A stretch of 64,000 nt of DNA from an uncultured Actinomycetes bacterium. Its GTDB lineage: Bacteria; Actinomycetota; Acidimicrobiia; IMCC26256; PALSA-555. The notes beneath the pieces were generated by a model. That model saw nothing but the letters and a program-made list of their open reading frames with translations. It had not been told where the DNA came from and made no database searches. A program made the translations under genes and the position numbers. The DNA is taken from NCBI GenBank assembly GCA_963821325.1, contig CAWGDC010000001.1, positions 450,178 to 514,177 of the forward strand, read 5' to 3'. Below, in pieces: positions 36,140-47,175 of the stretch; the first letter of the stretch is position 1; each line of letters opens with the position of its first letter.

Positions 36140-36485
36140 CGAGGAGCCTCTCGAGGAGCTCGGCGTCGGTCGAGGCGCCGAGGGGGGTCGCGGGGGTGAT
36201 GGTCACGGCGCCGATGGCGTCGAGGTCACCGACGAGGACGCGCACGACCCCGACGGGGAGGGTGAGCCGGCCGGCGAGCTCGGCGAGGGCGGTGGGGGCG
36301 GCGCCGAGCTCGAGGATGCGCAGCATCTCGGGGGTGTCGGGCACGGGGCGGCTGTCGGCGGTGGCGGTGGTGCGCACGGTGGCGTCGAGGGGGAGGATCG
36401 GTCCGGGGGCGCGGGTCCGACCGCCGGTGAGGACGTAGGGGCGCACGACGCGCGGGAGCCGAGGCTCGGGGCCGGAGGGCGCCAC
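36120..36485 (-). CDS. cvnC: DUF742 protein (CvnC-like)
   Basis: This is the tail of ORF 36120..36929 from GTG 36483-36485 (AGGAG 5-6 nt upstream): ...VVRPYVLTGGRTR...EMLRILELGAAPTALAELAGRLTLPVGVVRVLVGDL (HTH-like). Confidence 0.8.
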   Translation of the reverse strand: MAPSGPEPRLPRVVRPYVLTGGRTRAPGPILPLDATVRTTATADSRPVPDTPEMLRILELGAAPTALAELAGRLTLPVGVVRVLVGDLDAIGAVTITPATPLGASTDAELLERLLDGIRAL

Positions 36486-36493
36486 GTCCGCTC

Positions 36494-36916
36494 CTATTGC
36501 GGCAGCGCGGTCTGGAGCTCGGCCACGATCGCGGGGGTCAGCGCGGCGGCGCAGCGCTCGACGAGGACCGCCATCTCGTAACCGATGAGCCCGGCGTCGC
36601 AGGGGCGGGTCGCGGTGACCGCGAGCGCGGACGTGTCGCTCACGCTCATCACGAAGAGGAGGGCGTGCTCGAACTCGACGATCGATTCGTGGACCGCGCC
36701 GGCCCGCAGCGGCGCGGCGGCGCCGCGGGCGATGCTCTGCATGCCGGCCGCGACGGCGGCGAGCCGGTCGGCGGCGGCCCGGTCGAGGCCGTCGGACATG
36801 GCGATGAGCAGCCCGTCCGAGGACACGACCGCGGCCTGGCCGACGCCCGGGACCCCGGCCACGAAGTTCGACACGAGCCAGTTGAGGTTGCGGGCCTCGA
36901 CGCTCATGCGGATCAC
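36494..36916 (-). CDS. cvnB: roadblock/LC7 domain protein (CvnB-like, MglB-like)
   Basis: ORF 36494..36916 contains NLNWLVSNFVAGVPGVGQAAVVSSDGLLIAMS... The GTG start overlaps the cvnA stop (GTGA). Confidence 0.88.
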   Translation of the reverse strand: MIRMSVEARNLNWLVSNFVAGVPGVGQAAVVSSDGLLIAMSDGLDRAAADRLAAVAAGMQSIARGAAAPLRAGAVHESIVEFEHALLFVMSVSDTSALAVTATRPCDAGLIGYEMAVLVERCAAALTPAIVAELQTALPQ

Positions 36917-39262
36917 GGCTCGTCCTCACGGACCTGGCCTTCGTGCACGCCGCGCGCGTGGCGGGTGAGCAGGTCGTGGACCCGCTCGGGGCGGGGGCGG
37001 GCCTCGCCGCCGTTCGCGGGGGTCGGCGACGGCCGGTGGGAGAGGTGGGTGCCCGGCACGCGGGCCGCGAGCTCGTCGTCGGCGCGGCGCGGCACGGCCC
37101 GGACGGCCCGGCGCGGGAGCATCTCGTCGTCGGGGTCGTCGTCGAGGACGGGCTGGCGCTCCGGGGGATGGAAGGTGATCGGGGTGTCCGCGTAGGACGG
37201 CGCGGCGTCGGGTGACGGGGTCGGCACCGGCGCCGGGCGGGCCGCGGGCATCGGGATCGGCTCGGCGACGACCGGCGCGGCGCCGCGGGTCGCGGGCTCG
37301 GCGACCGCCTCGTCGGACGGCGCGGCGGGCGTCTCGGTCGGGGTGTCGGTCGCGGTGACCGGGGCGAGGATCGCCGGGGGCAGGGCCACGACGGCGACGA
37401 CCCCGACCGGCTCGTTGCGGCGCAGCTGCACGTAGATGCTGTGGCGGGCGGCGAGGTAGGCGACGACGTGGAGGCCGAGGGTGCGCGACAGCGCGAGGCC
37501 GGGTGCGGGCGGGCGGGCGAGCAGGTCGTTGAGGCGGGCGAGGCGCTCGTCGTCGACGCCGATGCCCTGGTCGGTGACCGTGAGCACGTAGCGGTGCTCG
37601 CTCGGCCCGCCGGTGACGACGACGGGCGTGGTCGGCGGCGAGAACGCGGTGGCGTTCTCGAGCAGCTCGGCGAGGAGGTGGGTGACGTCGGCGACGGCGT
37701 GGCCGGCGACGGCCAGGTCGGGGCGCAGCCCGCTGTTGGCGACGCGGGCGAAGTCGGCGATCTCGGCGGCGGCGGCGCGCACGACGTCGATGACGGGGAT
37801 GGCGGTGCGCCACTGGCGGGGCTGGGGTGAGCCGGACAGGACGAGGAGGCTCTCGGCGTTGCGGCGCATGCGGGTCGAGAGGTGGTCGAGCTCGAAGAGG
37901 GTGGCGAGGTCGTCGGGGTCGCCGGCGTCGCGCTCGAGGTCGTCGAGGAGCGCGAGCTGACGGTCGAGGAGGCTCTGGTTGCGGCGCGCCAGGTTCACGT
38001 ACAGGTCACCGATGCCCTTGCGCAGCAGGGTGGCCTGTTCCTCGGCGACGCTCACGGCGACGCGTTGGATGTTCCCGAACTGCTTGGCGAGCTCGCCGAT
38101 CTCGTCGCGCGAATTCGACGCGCACCGGCGCGAGCCGTTCAAGCTGGTCGGGGGTGATCTGCCCTCCGGCGAGGACGGTGTCGACGAGCTGGGGCAGGCG
38201 CCGCTCGGCGACGTTGCGGGCGGCGCGGGTCAGGGCGCGCAGCGGCTTGTTCACTGCCTGGACGAGCGCCCAGGCGAGGAGCAGCACGAGCGCGATGAGC
38301 AGCGCGGTGCCACCGGCGGCGAGGACGAGCAGGGTGCGGGCGTTGGCCTCGTTCGCGGCGGCGGTGCGGTTGACGACGGCCTGGACGGCGTTGACGCCCT
38401 GGTCGATGCTCGACTGCTTCGCGAGGAACGCCTGGAAGTAGGTGTAGACGTTCACCGGCGGGTTGGCGGGGAACGCGGTGGGGAGCGCGCCGGGGGCGGT
38501 GGAGCGCATCGGGTCGGTGGGCGGCGGCCCGACGGCCGTCACCTGGGCGGCCGCCTCGGCGGGCGTGGCGGTCTGCGAGAACGCGTCCTGGGCGAGGAGC
38601 TGGTCGTGGACGGCGGCGTCCCACGACGCGACGTCGCCGGGGTGGCCGAGGAACCAGTTCACGACGACCGATGCTTCGGTGGCGGTTGCGACCTGGCCCT
38701 GCCGCAGGTCGACGATGCCGAGCAGGCTGGTGGACAGGCTGCGGTCGCTGACGTCGCGGGCCACGGCGGCGGCGGCGGCGCTCGCCTCGTTCGCGAGGGT
38801 GGTGAAGAAGGTGTCGCCGGGGTTCTCGAACAGGTCGACCTCGGCGCGGACGCTGCGCTGGCTCCCGGCGCCGACCTGCAGGACTTTGGCGCCGGTGGCG
38901 ACCTCGGCGACGAGCTGGAGGGTGTGGTCGCTCACGTGGCCGTGCAGCGATGCGAGCGACTGGCCGAGGGCCTGGACGGCGCGGTCGGTGGCGCCCCGGG
39001 TGTCGAAGATCAGGGCCTTCGACGCGGGCGGGTTGCCGAGCGGCTCAGCGACGAAGTACGCGGAGGCGACGCCCTCGTCGGCGACGGCGGGCCCGAGGCG
39101 GGCGAGCGCCGAGAAGGCGGGGACGACGTGGCCGTACTGCTGCTCCTGGGTGAGGGCGTGGTACCGGCTGTAGATCGTGACCCCGGCGAACCCGACGAGG
39201 GCGAACAGGGGGACGCTGACGACGAGGAACAGCTTGGTTCGGAACGGCAGCTTGCGGAGCAT
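36913..39262 (-). CDS. cvnA: conservon sensor histidine-kinase-like protein (CvnA-like: TM - large extracytoplasmic sensor (NIT-like?) - TM - HAMP - HATPase_c - Pro/Ala-rich tail); one frame disruption as sequenced
   Basis: The N-terminal part is ORF 38006..39262 (TM FLVVSVPLFALVGFAGVTIY; second TM LLVLAAGGTALLIALVLLLAWAL; HAMP-like AVNKPLRALTRAARNVAE). The C-terminal part is ORF 36913..38142 (SRDEIGELAKQFGN...LLAELLENATAFSP...LTVTDQGIGV...). One extra base lies near ~38115. Confidence 0.8.
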
Positions 39263-39328
39263 GCCACCCCCGTGGGCATGCCCACCCCACGAGGTTTACG
39301 GCACCCCCGCGAGGCCCCTTGAGGGCGT

Positions 39329-41710
39329 CTACACGCTCTGGCGGGCCTCGAGCTCGTCGACGGTCATGAGCACGGCGCGGGCCTTCGAGCCCTCGGAGGG
39401 ACCGACGATCCCCCGCCGCTCGAGGAGGTCCATGAGCCGCCCGGCGCGGGCGAAGCCGACCCGGAGCTTGCGTTGCAGCATGGACGTCGACCCGAGCCCG
39501 GAGCGCACGACGAGCTCCATCGCCTCGGCAAGCAGCTCGTCGTCGTCGCCGGCGTCGCCGCCGCCCCGCCCGGGGGTGGCGCCGTCGTCGGCGAGGCCCG
39601 CGACGTACTGCGAGTCGGTGACCTGGCGACGCCAGTGGGCGGCGACCTTCTGGATGCAGGCCTCCTCGACCCAGGCGCCCTGGATGCGGCGGGGCCGGCT
39701 CTCGCTGGCGGTGACGAGCAGCATGTCGCCCTGCCCGACGAGCTTCTCGGCGCCGGACTGGTCGAGGATCACCCGCGAGTCGGCGAGGCTCGTCACCGAG
39801 AACGCCATGCGGCTCGGGACGTTCGCCTTGATCACCCCGGTGATCACGTCGACCGAGGGTCGCTGCGTGGCGATCACGAGGTGGATGCCGACGGCGCGGG
39901 CCATCTGCGCGATGCGACAGATGCTTGCCTCGACGTCGCGGGCCGCGACCATCATCAGGTCGTTCAGCTCGTCGACGACGACCACGATGTAGGGGAGCCG
40001 CTCGTAGCCGCGGCCGGTGACCGGGTCGGGGTCGCTCGGGGTGGGGAGGTCGCCGCGGTCGAACGCCGCGTTGTAGCCGGCGAGGTCGCGCACCCCGACC
40101 TCGGCGAGGAGCTCGTAGCGCAGGTCCATCTCGCGGACCGCCCAGTCGAGCGCGTTGGCGGCCCGCTTCGGGTTCGTGACCACCTCGGTGAGCAGGTGGG
40201 GCACGTCGTTGTAGCCGCCGAGCTCGACGCGTTTGGGGTCCACGAGGATGAGCCGCACCCGGTCGGGGGTGTTGCGCATGAGCAGCGACGTGACGAGCGA
40301 GTTGATGCAGCTCGACTTGCCGGCCCCGGTGGCGCCGGCGATGAGGACGTGGGGCAGCGCGGCGAGGTCGAGCATCACGGCCCGGCCGGCGATGTCGCGT
40401 CCGAGCCCGACGGCGAGGGGCTCCTTCGCGGCGGCGGCGTCGGGGGACGCGAGGATGTCGCCGAGGGTGACGAGCTGACGCTGCCGGTTGGGGACCTCGA
40501 CGCCGATCGCGCTGCGGCCCGGGATCGGGGCGAGGATGCGCACGTCGGGTGACGCCATCGCGTACGCGAGGTCGTGGGCGAGGCTCGTCACCCGGTTCAC
40601 CTTGACACCGGGGGCGAGCTCGAGCTCGTAGCGGGTGACGGTCGGCCCGACGGTCATGCCGGTCACGTGGGCGTCGACGCCGTGCTGGTGCAGCGCCTCG
40701 GCGAGGACGGTGCCGGCCGCCTCGGCGAGTCGCCGGTCGGCCTTCGCCGCCGGGCCGCGGGCGAGCAGGGTCGCGGGTGGCAGCTTCCACGCCCCCGGCC
40801 GGCCGGCGCGGGCGACGTCGAGGGCCATCTGGCCGCCCGCCTCCTCGACGACCGACACCGGCGCGCCGCCGGGCAGCGTCGGATCCCGGTCCGGATCCGG
40901 GTCGGGTGGGCTGGGCGCCTCCCGTTCGACGTCGTACAGCTCGGCCGGGCCGGGGGCCTCGCCGTCGTCGTCGAGCGCGGTGAGGTCCAAGACGGGCGGG
41001 TCGGGGTCGGCGGGGCGGGCGGCGAGCTGTCGGGCGCCCCGGGCGGCGACGCGGCCGGCGTGCGCGACGGCTTCGCCGACCCGGCGGGCGGACACACCGG
41101 CGACGAGCAGCGCGCCGAGGAGGCCGAGGCCGACGAGGATCACCGTGGCGCCGACCGTGCCGGCCGCGGCGCCGAGCGGCCCGCCGGTGACGGCCCCGAG
41201 GTAGCCACCGGCGGCGCGCAGCGTGGCGACCGGTGCGCCGATGGCGGGGGTGCCGGCCGCGAGGTGCAGCAGGGCGACGACGGCGACGGTGACGAGCAGC
41301 GCGCCGAGCCCGATGCGCAGCGTCGCCGGCTCCGACGGCGCCGTCTCGGGGGCGTCGTCGAGCGCGGGCTGGGGGGCCCGGGCGCGCAGGCAGGCGAGCG
41401 CCGCGGCGACGCAGGCGATCGGGACGCCGTAGCGGGCCTGGCCGGCGACGGCGCCGAGCCCGTTGGCGAGGCCGCGGCCCACCCCGCCAGCGAGGTTGGA
41501 GGCGAGCCCGAGGGCGGTCAGCGCGGCGAGGACGAGGAGCCCGACGCCGGCGGCGTCGCCTCGGTGGGCGTGCAGCTGGCGGCGCGCCGCGGCGGTCAGG
41601 TCGTGGCGGGGCGGCTCGGGCTCCGGTTTCCGTCGGGTCGGGCGACGGGCGGCCGGCTTGGACGTGGCGGAGGCGCGGCGCCGAGACCGAGTGGTGGTGC
41701 GGGACGCCAC
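39329..41710 (-). CDS. ftsK: DNA translocase FtsK/SpoIIIE
   Basis: ORF 39329..41710 has N-terminal TM helices, Walker A LIAGATGAGKSSCINS, Walker B IVVVVDELNDL, and the gamma-domain STSMLQRKLRVGFARAGRLMDLLE. Confidence 0.95.
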   Translation of the reverse strand: MASRTTTRSRRRASATSKPAARRPTRRKPEPEPPRHDLTAAARRQLHAHRGDAAGVGLLVLAALTALGLASNLAGGVGRGLANGLGAVAGQARYGVPIACVAAALACLRARAPQPALDDAPETAPSEPATLRIGLGALLVTVAVVALLHLAAGTPAIGAPVATLRAAGGYLGAVTGGPLGAAAGTVGATVILVGLGLLGALLVAGVSARRVGEAVAHAGRVAARGARQLAARPADPDPPVLDLTALDDDGEAPGPAELYDVEREAPSPPDPDPDRDPTLPGGAPVSVVEEAGGQMALDVARAGRPGAWKLPPATLLARGPAAKADRRLAEAAGTVLAEALHQHGVDAHVTGMTVGPTVTRYELELAPGVKVNRVTSLAHDLAYAMASPDVRILAPIPGRSAIGVEVPNRQRQLVTLGDILASPDAAAAKEPLAVGLGRDIAGRAVMLDLAALPHVLIAGATGAGKSSCINSLVTSLLMRNTPDRVRLILVDPKRVELGGYNDVPHLLTEVVTNPKRAANALDWAVREMDLRYELLAEVGVRDLAGYNAAFDRGDLPTPSDPDPVTGRGYERLPYIVVVVDELNDLMMVAARDVEASICRIAQMARAVGIHLVIATQRPSVDVITGVIKANVPSRMAFSVTSLADSRVILDQSGAEKLVGQGDMLLVTASESRPRRIQGAWVEEACIQKVAAHWRRQVTDSQYVAGLADDGATPGRGGGDAGDDDELLAEAMELVVRSGLGSTSMLQRKLRVGFARAGRLMDLLERRGIVGPSEGSKARAVLMTVDELEARQSV

Positions 41711-41774
41711 CGGGTCACGCTAACACCAGCCCCAGAAACGTCAGCGGACACATGCGCCGCTCGGGCCCCGCGGG

Positions 41775-42563
41775 TCAGAGGGCGGGGGCGTAGCCGCCGT
41801 CGACCGGGTACACCTGCCCGGTGATCCACTCGGCGGCGTCGCTGCACAGCAGCACGGCGAGGGGCGCGGGGTCCTCGACGCGGCCGAGGCGCCCCACCGG
41901 GTAGGCGCGGGCCAGCTTCGCCTCGAGCGCCGGGTCGGCTTGGACCGCGTCGGCGAGCGCGGCGTGCTTCATCGAGCCGAGCGAGATGCAGTTGACCGTG
42001 ACGCCGTCGCGGCCGACCTCGGCGGCGAGGCCGCGCACGAAGCCCATCGCCGCGGCCTTCGCCGCGCCGTAGACGACCTGGCGGCGCTCGCCGCGCCGTC
42101 CGGCGTCGGAGACGATGACCAGGATCCGGCCCCAGCGGGCGTCGAGCATGGCGGGGAGGTAGGCGCGGGTGACGTAGAGCACCCCGGCGAGGTTCACGCG
42201 GATGACCGGGTCCCAGTCGGCGGGCCCGGATTCGGCGAACGCGACGAGTCGCTGGCCGCCGCTCCAGGACCGCACGCCGCTGCCGGCGTTGTTGACCAGG
42301 ATGTCGAGCGCCCCGGTGGTGTCGAGCATCCCGGCGACGGCGTCGCCGTCGCACACGTCGGCGATCACCGGCTGGGCTTCGCCGCCCTCGGCGCGGATCT
42401 CGTCGCACACCCCGCCGGCGCGGCCGAGATCGAGGTCGTTGACCCAGATGCGCGCGCCGGCGCGGGCCATCTGGATGGCGATGGCCCGTCCGATCCCGGC
42501 GCCGGCGCCGGTGACGAGCGCCACTCGACCGCCGATGAACGCCGACCAGTCGCGGATGGTCAC
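41775..42563 (-). CDS. SDR family oxidoreductase (FabG-like)
   Basis: ORF 41775..42563 contains VALVTGAGAGIGRAIA, NNAG and the catalytic VVYGAAKAA. Confidence 0.88.
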   Translation of the reverse strand: MTIRDWSAFIGGRVALVTGAGAGIGRAIAIQMARAGARIWVNDLDLGRAGGVCDEIRAEGGEAQPVIADVCDGDAVAGMLDTTGALDILVNNAGSGVRSWSGGQRLVAFAESGPADWDPVIRVNLAGVLYVTRAYLPAMLDARWGRILVIVSDAGRRGERRQVVYGAAKAAAMGFVRGLAAEVGRDGVTVNCISLGSMKHAALADAVQADPALEAKLARAYPVGRLGRVEDPAPLAVLLCSDAAEWITGQVYPVDGGYAPAL

Positions 42564-42570
42564 AGCGGGC

Positions 42571-44232
42571 TCAGATCTCCATCACCACCGGGATGACCGC
42601 TGGGCGGCGGCGGGTGCGCTCGTTGATGAGCCGGGCGAGGGCCCGGCGGGCGGCGCGGCGGAGCGCCTCGAAGTCGACGGTGCCGTCCTCGGTGGCGTGC
42701 GCGATGGCGTCGCGGACCGCGCCGCGGGCGTCCTCGAGGAGCTCGGCGGCTTCGGCCTCGTAGATCCAGCCGCGGGTGACGATCTCGGGGCCGGTGACGA
42801 GCTCGCCGCTGACCGCGTCGACGGTGACGATGACGACGACGAAGCCCTCCTCGCCGAGGGTGCGCCGGTCGCGCAGCACGCCGTGGCCGATGTCGCCGGC
42901 GATGCCGTCGACGTACTGGTAGCCGGCGGGGACGGCGCGCCGCTCGACGTCGAGGCCGCGCTCGTCGAGCACGACGGCGTCGCCGTCCTCGCAGACGATG
43001 ACCTGGTCGGGGGGGATGCCCATCTCGATGCCGAGCGCGGCGTGGTGCACGAGGTGGCGGTACTCCCCGTGGACCGGGATGAACCAGTCGGGTTGGACGA
43101 GCCCGAGGACGAACTTCAGCTCCTCGCGGGACGCGTGCCCGGAGACGTGCACCGGGGCGGTCGCCTCGTGCAGGACGAGGGCGCCGGCCCGGTGCAGGCC
43201 GTCGATCACCCGGTGGACGCCGGCCTCGTTGCCGGGGATGGCGTGGGCGGACAGGACGACGACGTCGTCGCTGCTGACCTTGAGCAGCTTGTGCTCGTGG
43301 GTGGCCATGAGCGACAGGGCGCTCATCGGCTCGCCTTGGGAGCCGGTGCACACCACGCACACCTCGCCGGGGGCGAAGCGTGTCACCTCGTCGGCGTCGA
43401 TGATGGCGTCGGCGGGCAGGTCGACGATGCCCATCTCGCGTCCGAGGGTGACGTTCTGGGTCATCGACCGGCCGAGGAACGCGACGCGGCGCCCGGCGGC
43501 GATAGCCTCGTCCGCGACCTGCTGCACCCGGTGCAGATGGGACGCGAACGATGCGACGATGAACCGTCGGGTGGGGTGGTCGCGGAACAGGTTGCGCATC
43601 ACCGGCCCGATGCTCGACTCGGTGGTCGTGTAGCCGGGCCGTTCGGCGTTCGTGGAGTCCGAGAGCAGCAGGCGGACCCCGGCGCGGCCGAGCTCGCCGA
43701 GGCGGGCGAGGTCGGTGCGGCGCCCGTCGACCGGGGTGAGGTCGAGCTTGAAGTCGCCGGTGTGCAGGATCGTGCCCGCCGGGGTCGAGTACGCGACCGC
43801 GACGGAGTGCGGCACCGAGTGGGCGACGGGGATGAACTCGCAGTCCACGGCGCCGATGCGGACGGTCTCGCCGTCCGCGACGGGGATCAGCTCGGTGCGG
43901 CCGAGGAGCCCGGCTTCGTCGATGCGGTTGCGGGCCAGGCCGAGGGCGAGCCGGGACCCGTAGATGGGGGCGGAGACGTCGCGCAGAAGGTAGGCGAGCC
44001 CGCCGACGTGGTCCTCGTGGCCGTGGGTGACGACGACACCGTCGACCGCGTCGGCGTGGTCGCGCAGGAACGTGAAGTCGGGCAGGACGAGGTCGACGCC
44101 GGGCATGTCCACGGCCGGGAACATGAGGCCGCAGTCGATGACGAGGATGCGCCCGTCGACCTCGAGGCAGGCGCAGTTCCGGCCGATCTCGCCCAGCCCG
44201 CCGAGGAAGACGAGCCGGACGGACGCGGGCAT
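42571..44232 (-). CDS. rnj: ribonuclease J
   Basis: ORF 42571..44232 contains FLGGLGEIGRNCACLE, the metallo-beta-lactamase motif THGHEDHVGG, and beta-CASP and C-terminal domains. Confidence 0.93.
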   Translation of the reverse strand: MPASVRLVFLGGLGEIGRNCACLEVDGRILVIDCGLMFPAVDMPGVDLVLPDFTFLRDHADAVDGVVVTHGHEDHVGGLAYLLRDVSAPIYGSRLALGLARNRIDEAGLLGRTELIPVADGETVRIGAVDCEFIPVAHSVPHSVAVAYSTPAGTILHTGDFKLDLTPVDGRRTDLARLGELGRAGVRLLLSDSTNAERPGYTTTESSIGPVMRNLFRDHPTRRFIVASFASHLHRVQQVADEAIAAGRRVAFLGRSMTQNVTLGREMGIVDLPADAIIDADEVTRFAPGEVCVVCTGSQGEPMSALSLMATHEHKLLKVSSDDVVVLSAHAIPGNEAGVHRVIDGLHRAGALVLHEATAPVHVSGHASREELKFVLGLVQPDWFIPVHGEYRHLVHHAALGIEMGIPPDQVIVCEDGDAVVLDERGLDVERRAVPAGYQYVDGIAGDIGHGVLRDRRTLGEEGFVVVIVTVDAVSGELVTGPEIVTRGWIYEAEAAELLEDARGAVRDAIAHATEDGTVDFEALRRAARRALARLINERTRRRPAVIPVVMEI

Positions 44233-44294
44233 GGGACGAAGTTACTGCGGTGTCGCGGCCCGGCCGGGTTGGCCCGGCCACGGGCGACCCCGGC

Positions 44295-45413
<1,119 letters not shown>

Positions 45414-45417
45414 GGGA

Positions 45418-46045
45418 TTACCTCCGGGACGGGTTGGGGGACTCGGTGGTGGGGGTGAGGGCGGGGACGATGAACGCTGCGGCGTACCGCCGGACGGCGG
45501 CCTCGTCGTCGAGGGGGACGGGCGCGTGGGGCGCGCAGAGCAGGGTGAGCCCGATGCGGGTGACCCACTCGGCGCCGCGGGCGGCCCGGTCGTCGCCGAC
45601 GTACGGGGCGAACGCGGGCGCGAGCGCGACGCTGGCCCGGGCGAGGAACCCGTCGAGGCCGCCGAAGCACAGGCTCGGCAGCAGCCACTCCGGCTCGCAC
45701 GCCGCGACGTAGTTCAGCGCCGGGTGGCCGGTGAGCTCGCGGTGCGCGGCGCGCAGCACGGCGACGATCGCGTCGTCGAGCGTGGTCGTCGCCGCGGCGG
45801 CGTCGAGCAGCACGGCGGGTGACGCGGCCGGCCTCGAGGCGCACCGCGGCGTCGACGACGGCCTGCTTGCTCGCGAAGTAGCGGTACAGGGTCGCCCGGG
45901 ACGTGCCGGCCTCCCGGGCGACGTCGTCGAGGGTGGTCTTGCGGAGCCCCTGACGGGCGACGCACGCCAGCAGCGCCTCGACGGCCCGTCCCTCGAGGTC
46001 GCTGACCCGGAGGGCGGGCTCACGCTCGGTGAGGACCGCGCTCAT
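45418..46045 (-). CDS. TetR/AcrR family transcriptional regulator; one frame disruption as sequenced
   Basis: The N-terminus lies in ORF 45119..46045 (HTH TLDDVAREAGTSRATLYRYF). The C-terminus lies in ORF 45418..46023 (PAVLLDAAAATTTLDDAIVAVLRAAHRELTGHPALNY...). One extra base lies near ~45820. Confidence 0.85.
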
Positions 46046-46128
46046 CCTGGTTGAGACGATACGACTCGATTCGTCTCAGCGTCAACGATGGGCGGTGTGG
46101 CGTGCGTCACCCGGCCGCCCGGGCGGTG

Positions 46129-46672
46129 CTACGTCCCGAGGAGCTTCGCCTTCTGGGCCTGGAACTCGGCGTCGGTGAGGGCGCCGGAGTCCCGGAGGCT
46201 GGCCAGCTTCTCGAGCTCGCTGGCGAGGCTCGGGGACGCGGCAGGCGCCGCCGGCGCGGCGGCGGGCGTGGCCGCGGGGCCACCTGGAGATCCATCGGCC
46301 GCCCGCGAAGATGGCCGCGCCGCCCGACGACTGGGACATGGCCTGCTGGATGATGTGGTTCTGCTGGGCGGCCTGCACCTCGCCCCACGACTCGGTGGGC
46401 GCGGCGGGATCGATCGCGACCTTCGAGTGGTCGCGCGGGTCGTAGAGGACGCTGACGAGCGACCCGAGGGACGGGCCGCCCTGCGTCGCCGGGTACGGCA
46501 CCTGGATGGTGACGTTGAAGGGTCCGGTGTCGTCGGGCATCACCCGCATCGTCACCTTCCAGAGGATCTGGCTGGGGTCGGCCTTCCACTTCCTCCCGGA
46601 CTTCGCCTCGCTGATCAGGGCGCGGCCGGGCTTGCCTCCGCTGGCCCGCAGCTCCTCGAGACCATCAGCCAT
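46129..46672 (-). CDS. hypothetical protein with C-terminal SHOCT domain; one frame disruption as sequenced
   Basis: ORF 46082..46672 is plausible for ~125 codons (MADGLEELRASGGKPGRALI...LVSVLYDPRDHSKVAIDP...). After one extra base near ~46298, the linker DGSPGGPAATPAAAPAAPAASPS and the SHOCT-like LASELEKLASLRDSGALTDAEFQAQKAKLLGT-stop (TAG 46129-46131) become readable. Confidence 0.6.
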
Positions 46673-46708
46673 CGCGTGCTCCTCCCTCGAAGGTCCTCGT
46701 CGTGTTGC

Positions 46709-47107
46709 TCACGTGCCCGACCAGTCGATCGCGACGTGCTGGGGGTGGGCCGGGTCGACGCGCACGTCGAGGTCGGCGCCGGCCTGCAGGCGGCCGAAGT
46801 GGTCGGGCGGCACGGTGGTGGTCAGGCGGAGGTCGTACGGCGGCCGGCCGCCGACGGCGACGGTGAGGTCCAGCACGACCTGGGGGTTGAACTGCACGAG
46901 GACCCCGAGGTCGGTGAACCGGGTGATCGTCGCCCGGCCCGGCGTGCCCGATTCGAGCAGCGCCTGCTCGGCATGGATCTGGGCTTGGAGCGCCATCGCG
47001 TCGTCCACGATCGCGCTGCCCTGGTTGGTCGTCGACGGCTCCGACCGGGCCGCGTCCCCTTCGGGACGCGGCCCGACCGGCGTCGACCGCTCGTTGGCGG
47101 TGTCCAT
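46709..47107 (-). CDS. hypothetical protein, paralogous to the N-terminal domain of the downstream SHOCT protein
   Basis: ORF 46709..47107: LLESGTPGRATITRF...PPYDLRLTTTVPP...LQAGADLDVRVDPAHPQHVAIDW aligns by eye with LRASGGKPGRALISE...GPFNVTIQVPYP...LGSLVSVLYDPRDHSKVAID. Confidence 0.6.
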   Translation of the reverse strand: MDTANERSTPVGPRPEGDAARSEPSTTNQGSAIVDDAMALQAQIHAEQALLESGTPGRATITRFTDLGVLVQFNPQVVLDLTVAVGGRPPYDLRLTTTVPPDHFGRLQAGADLDVRVDPAHPQHVAIDWSGT

Positions 47108-47175
47108 CCCGTACTCCCCTGCCTGCCCGCCGTGGCCTGCCGTCGGGACGCGGCCAGGCCGCTCCCCCGTCGGCG

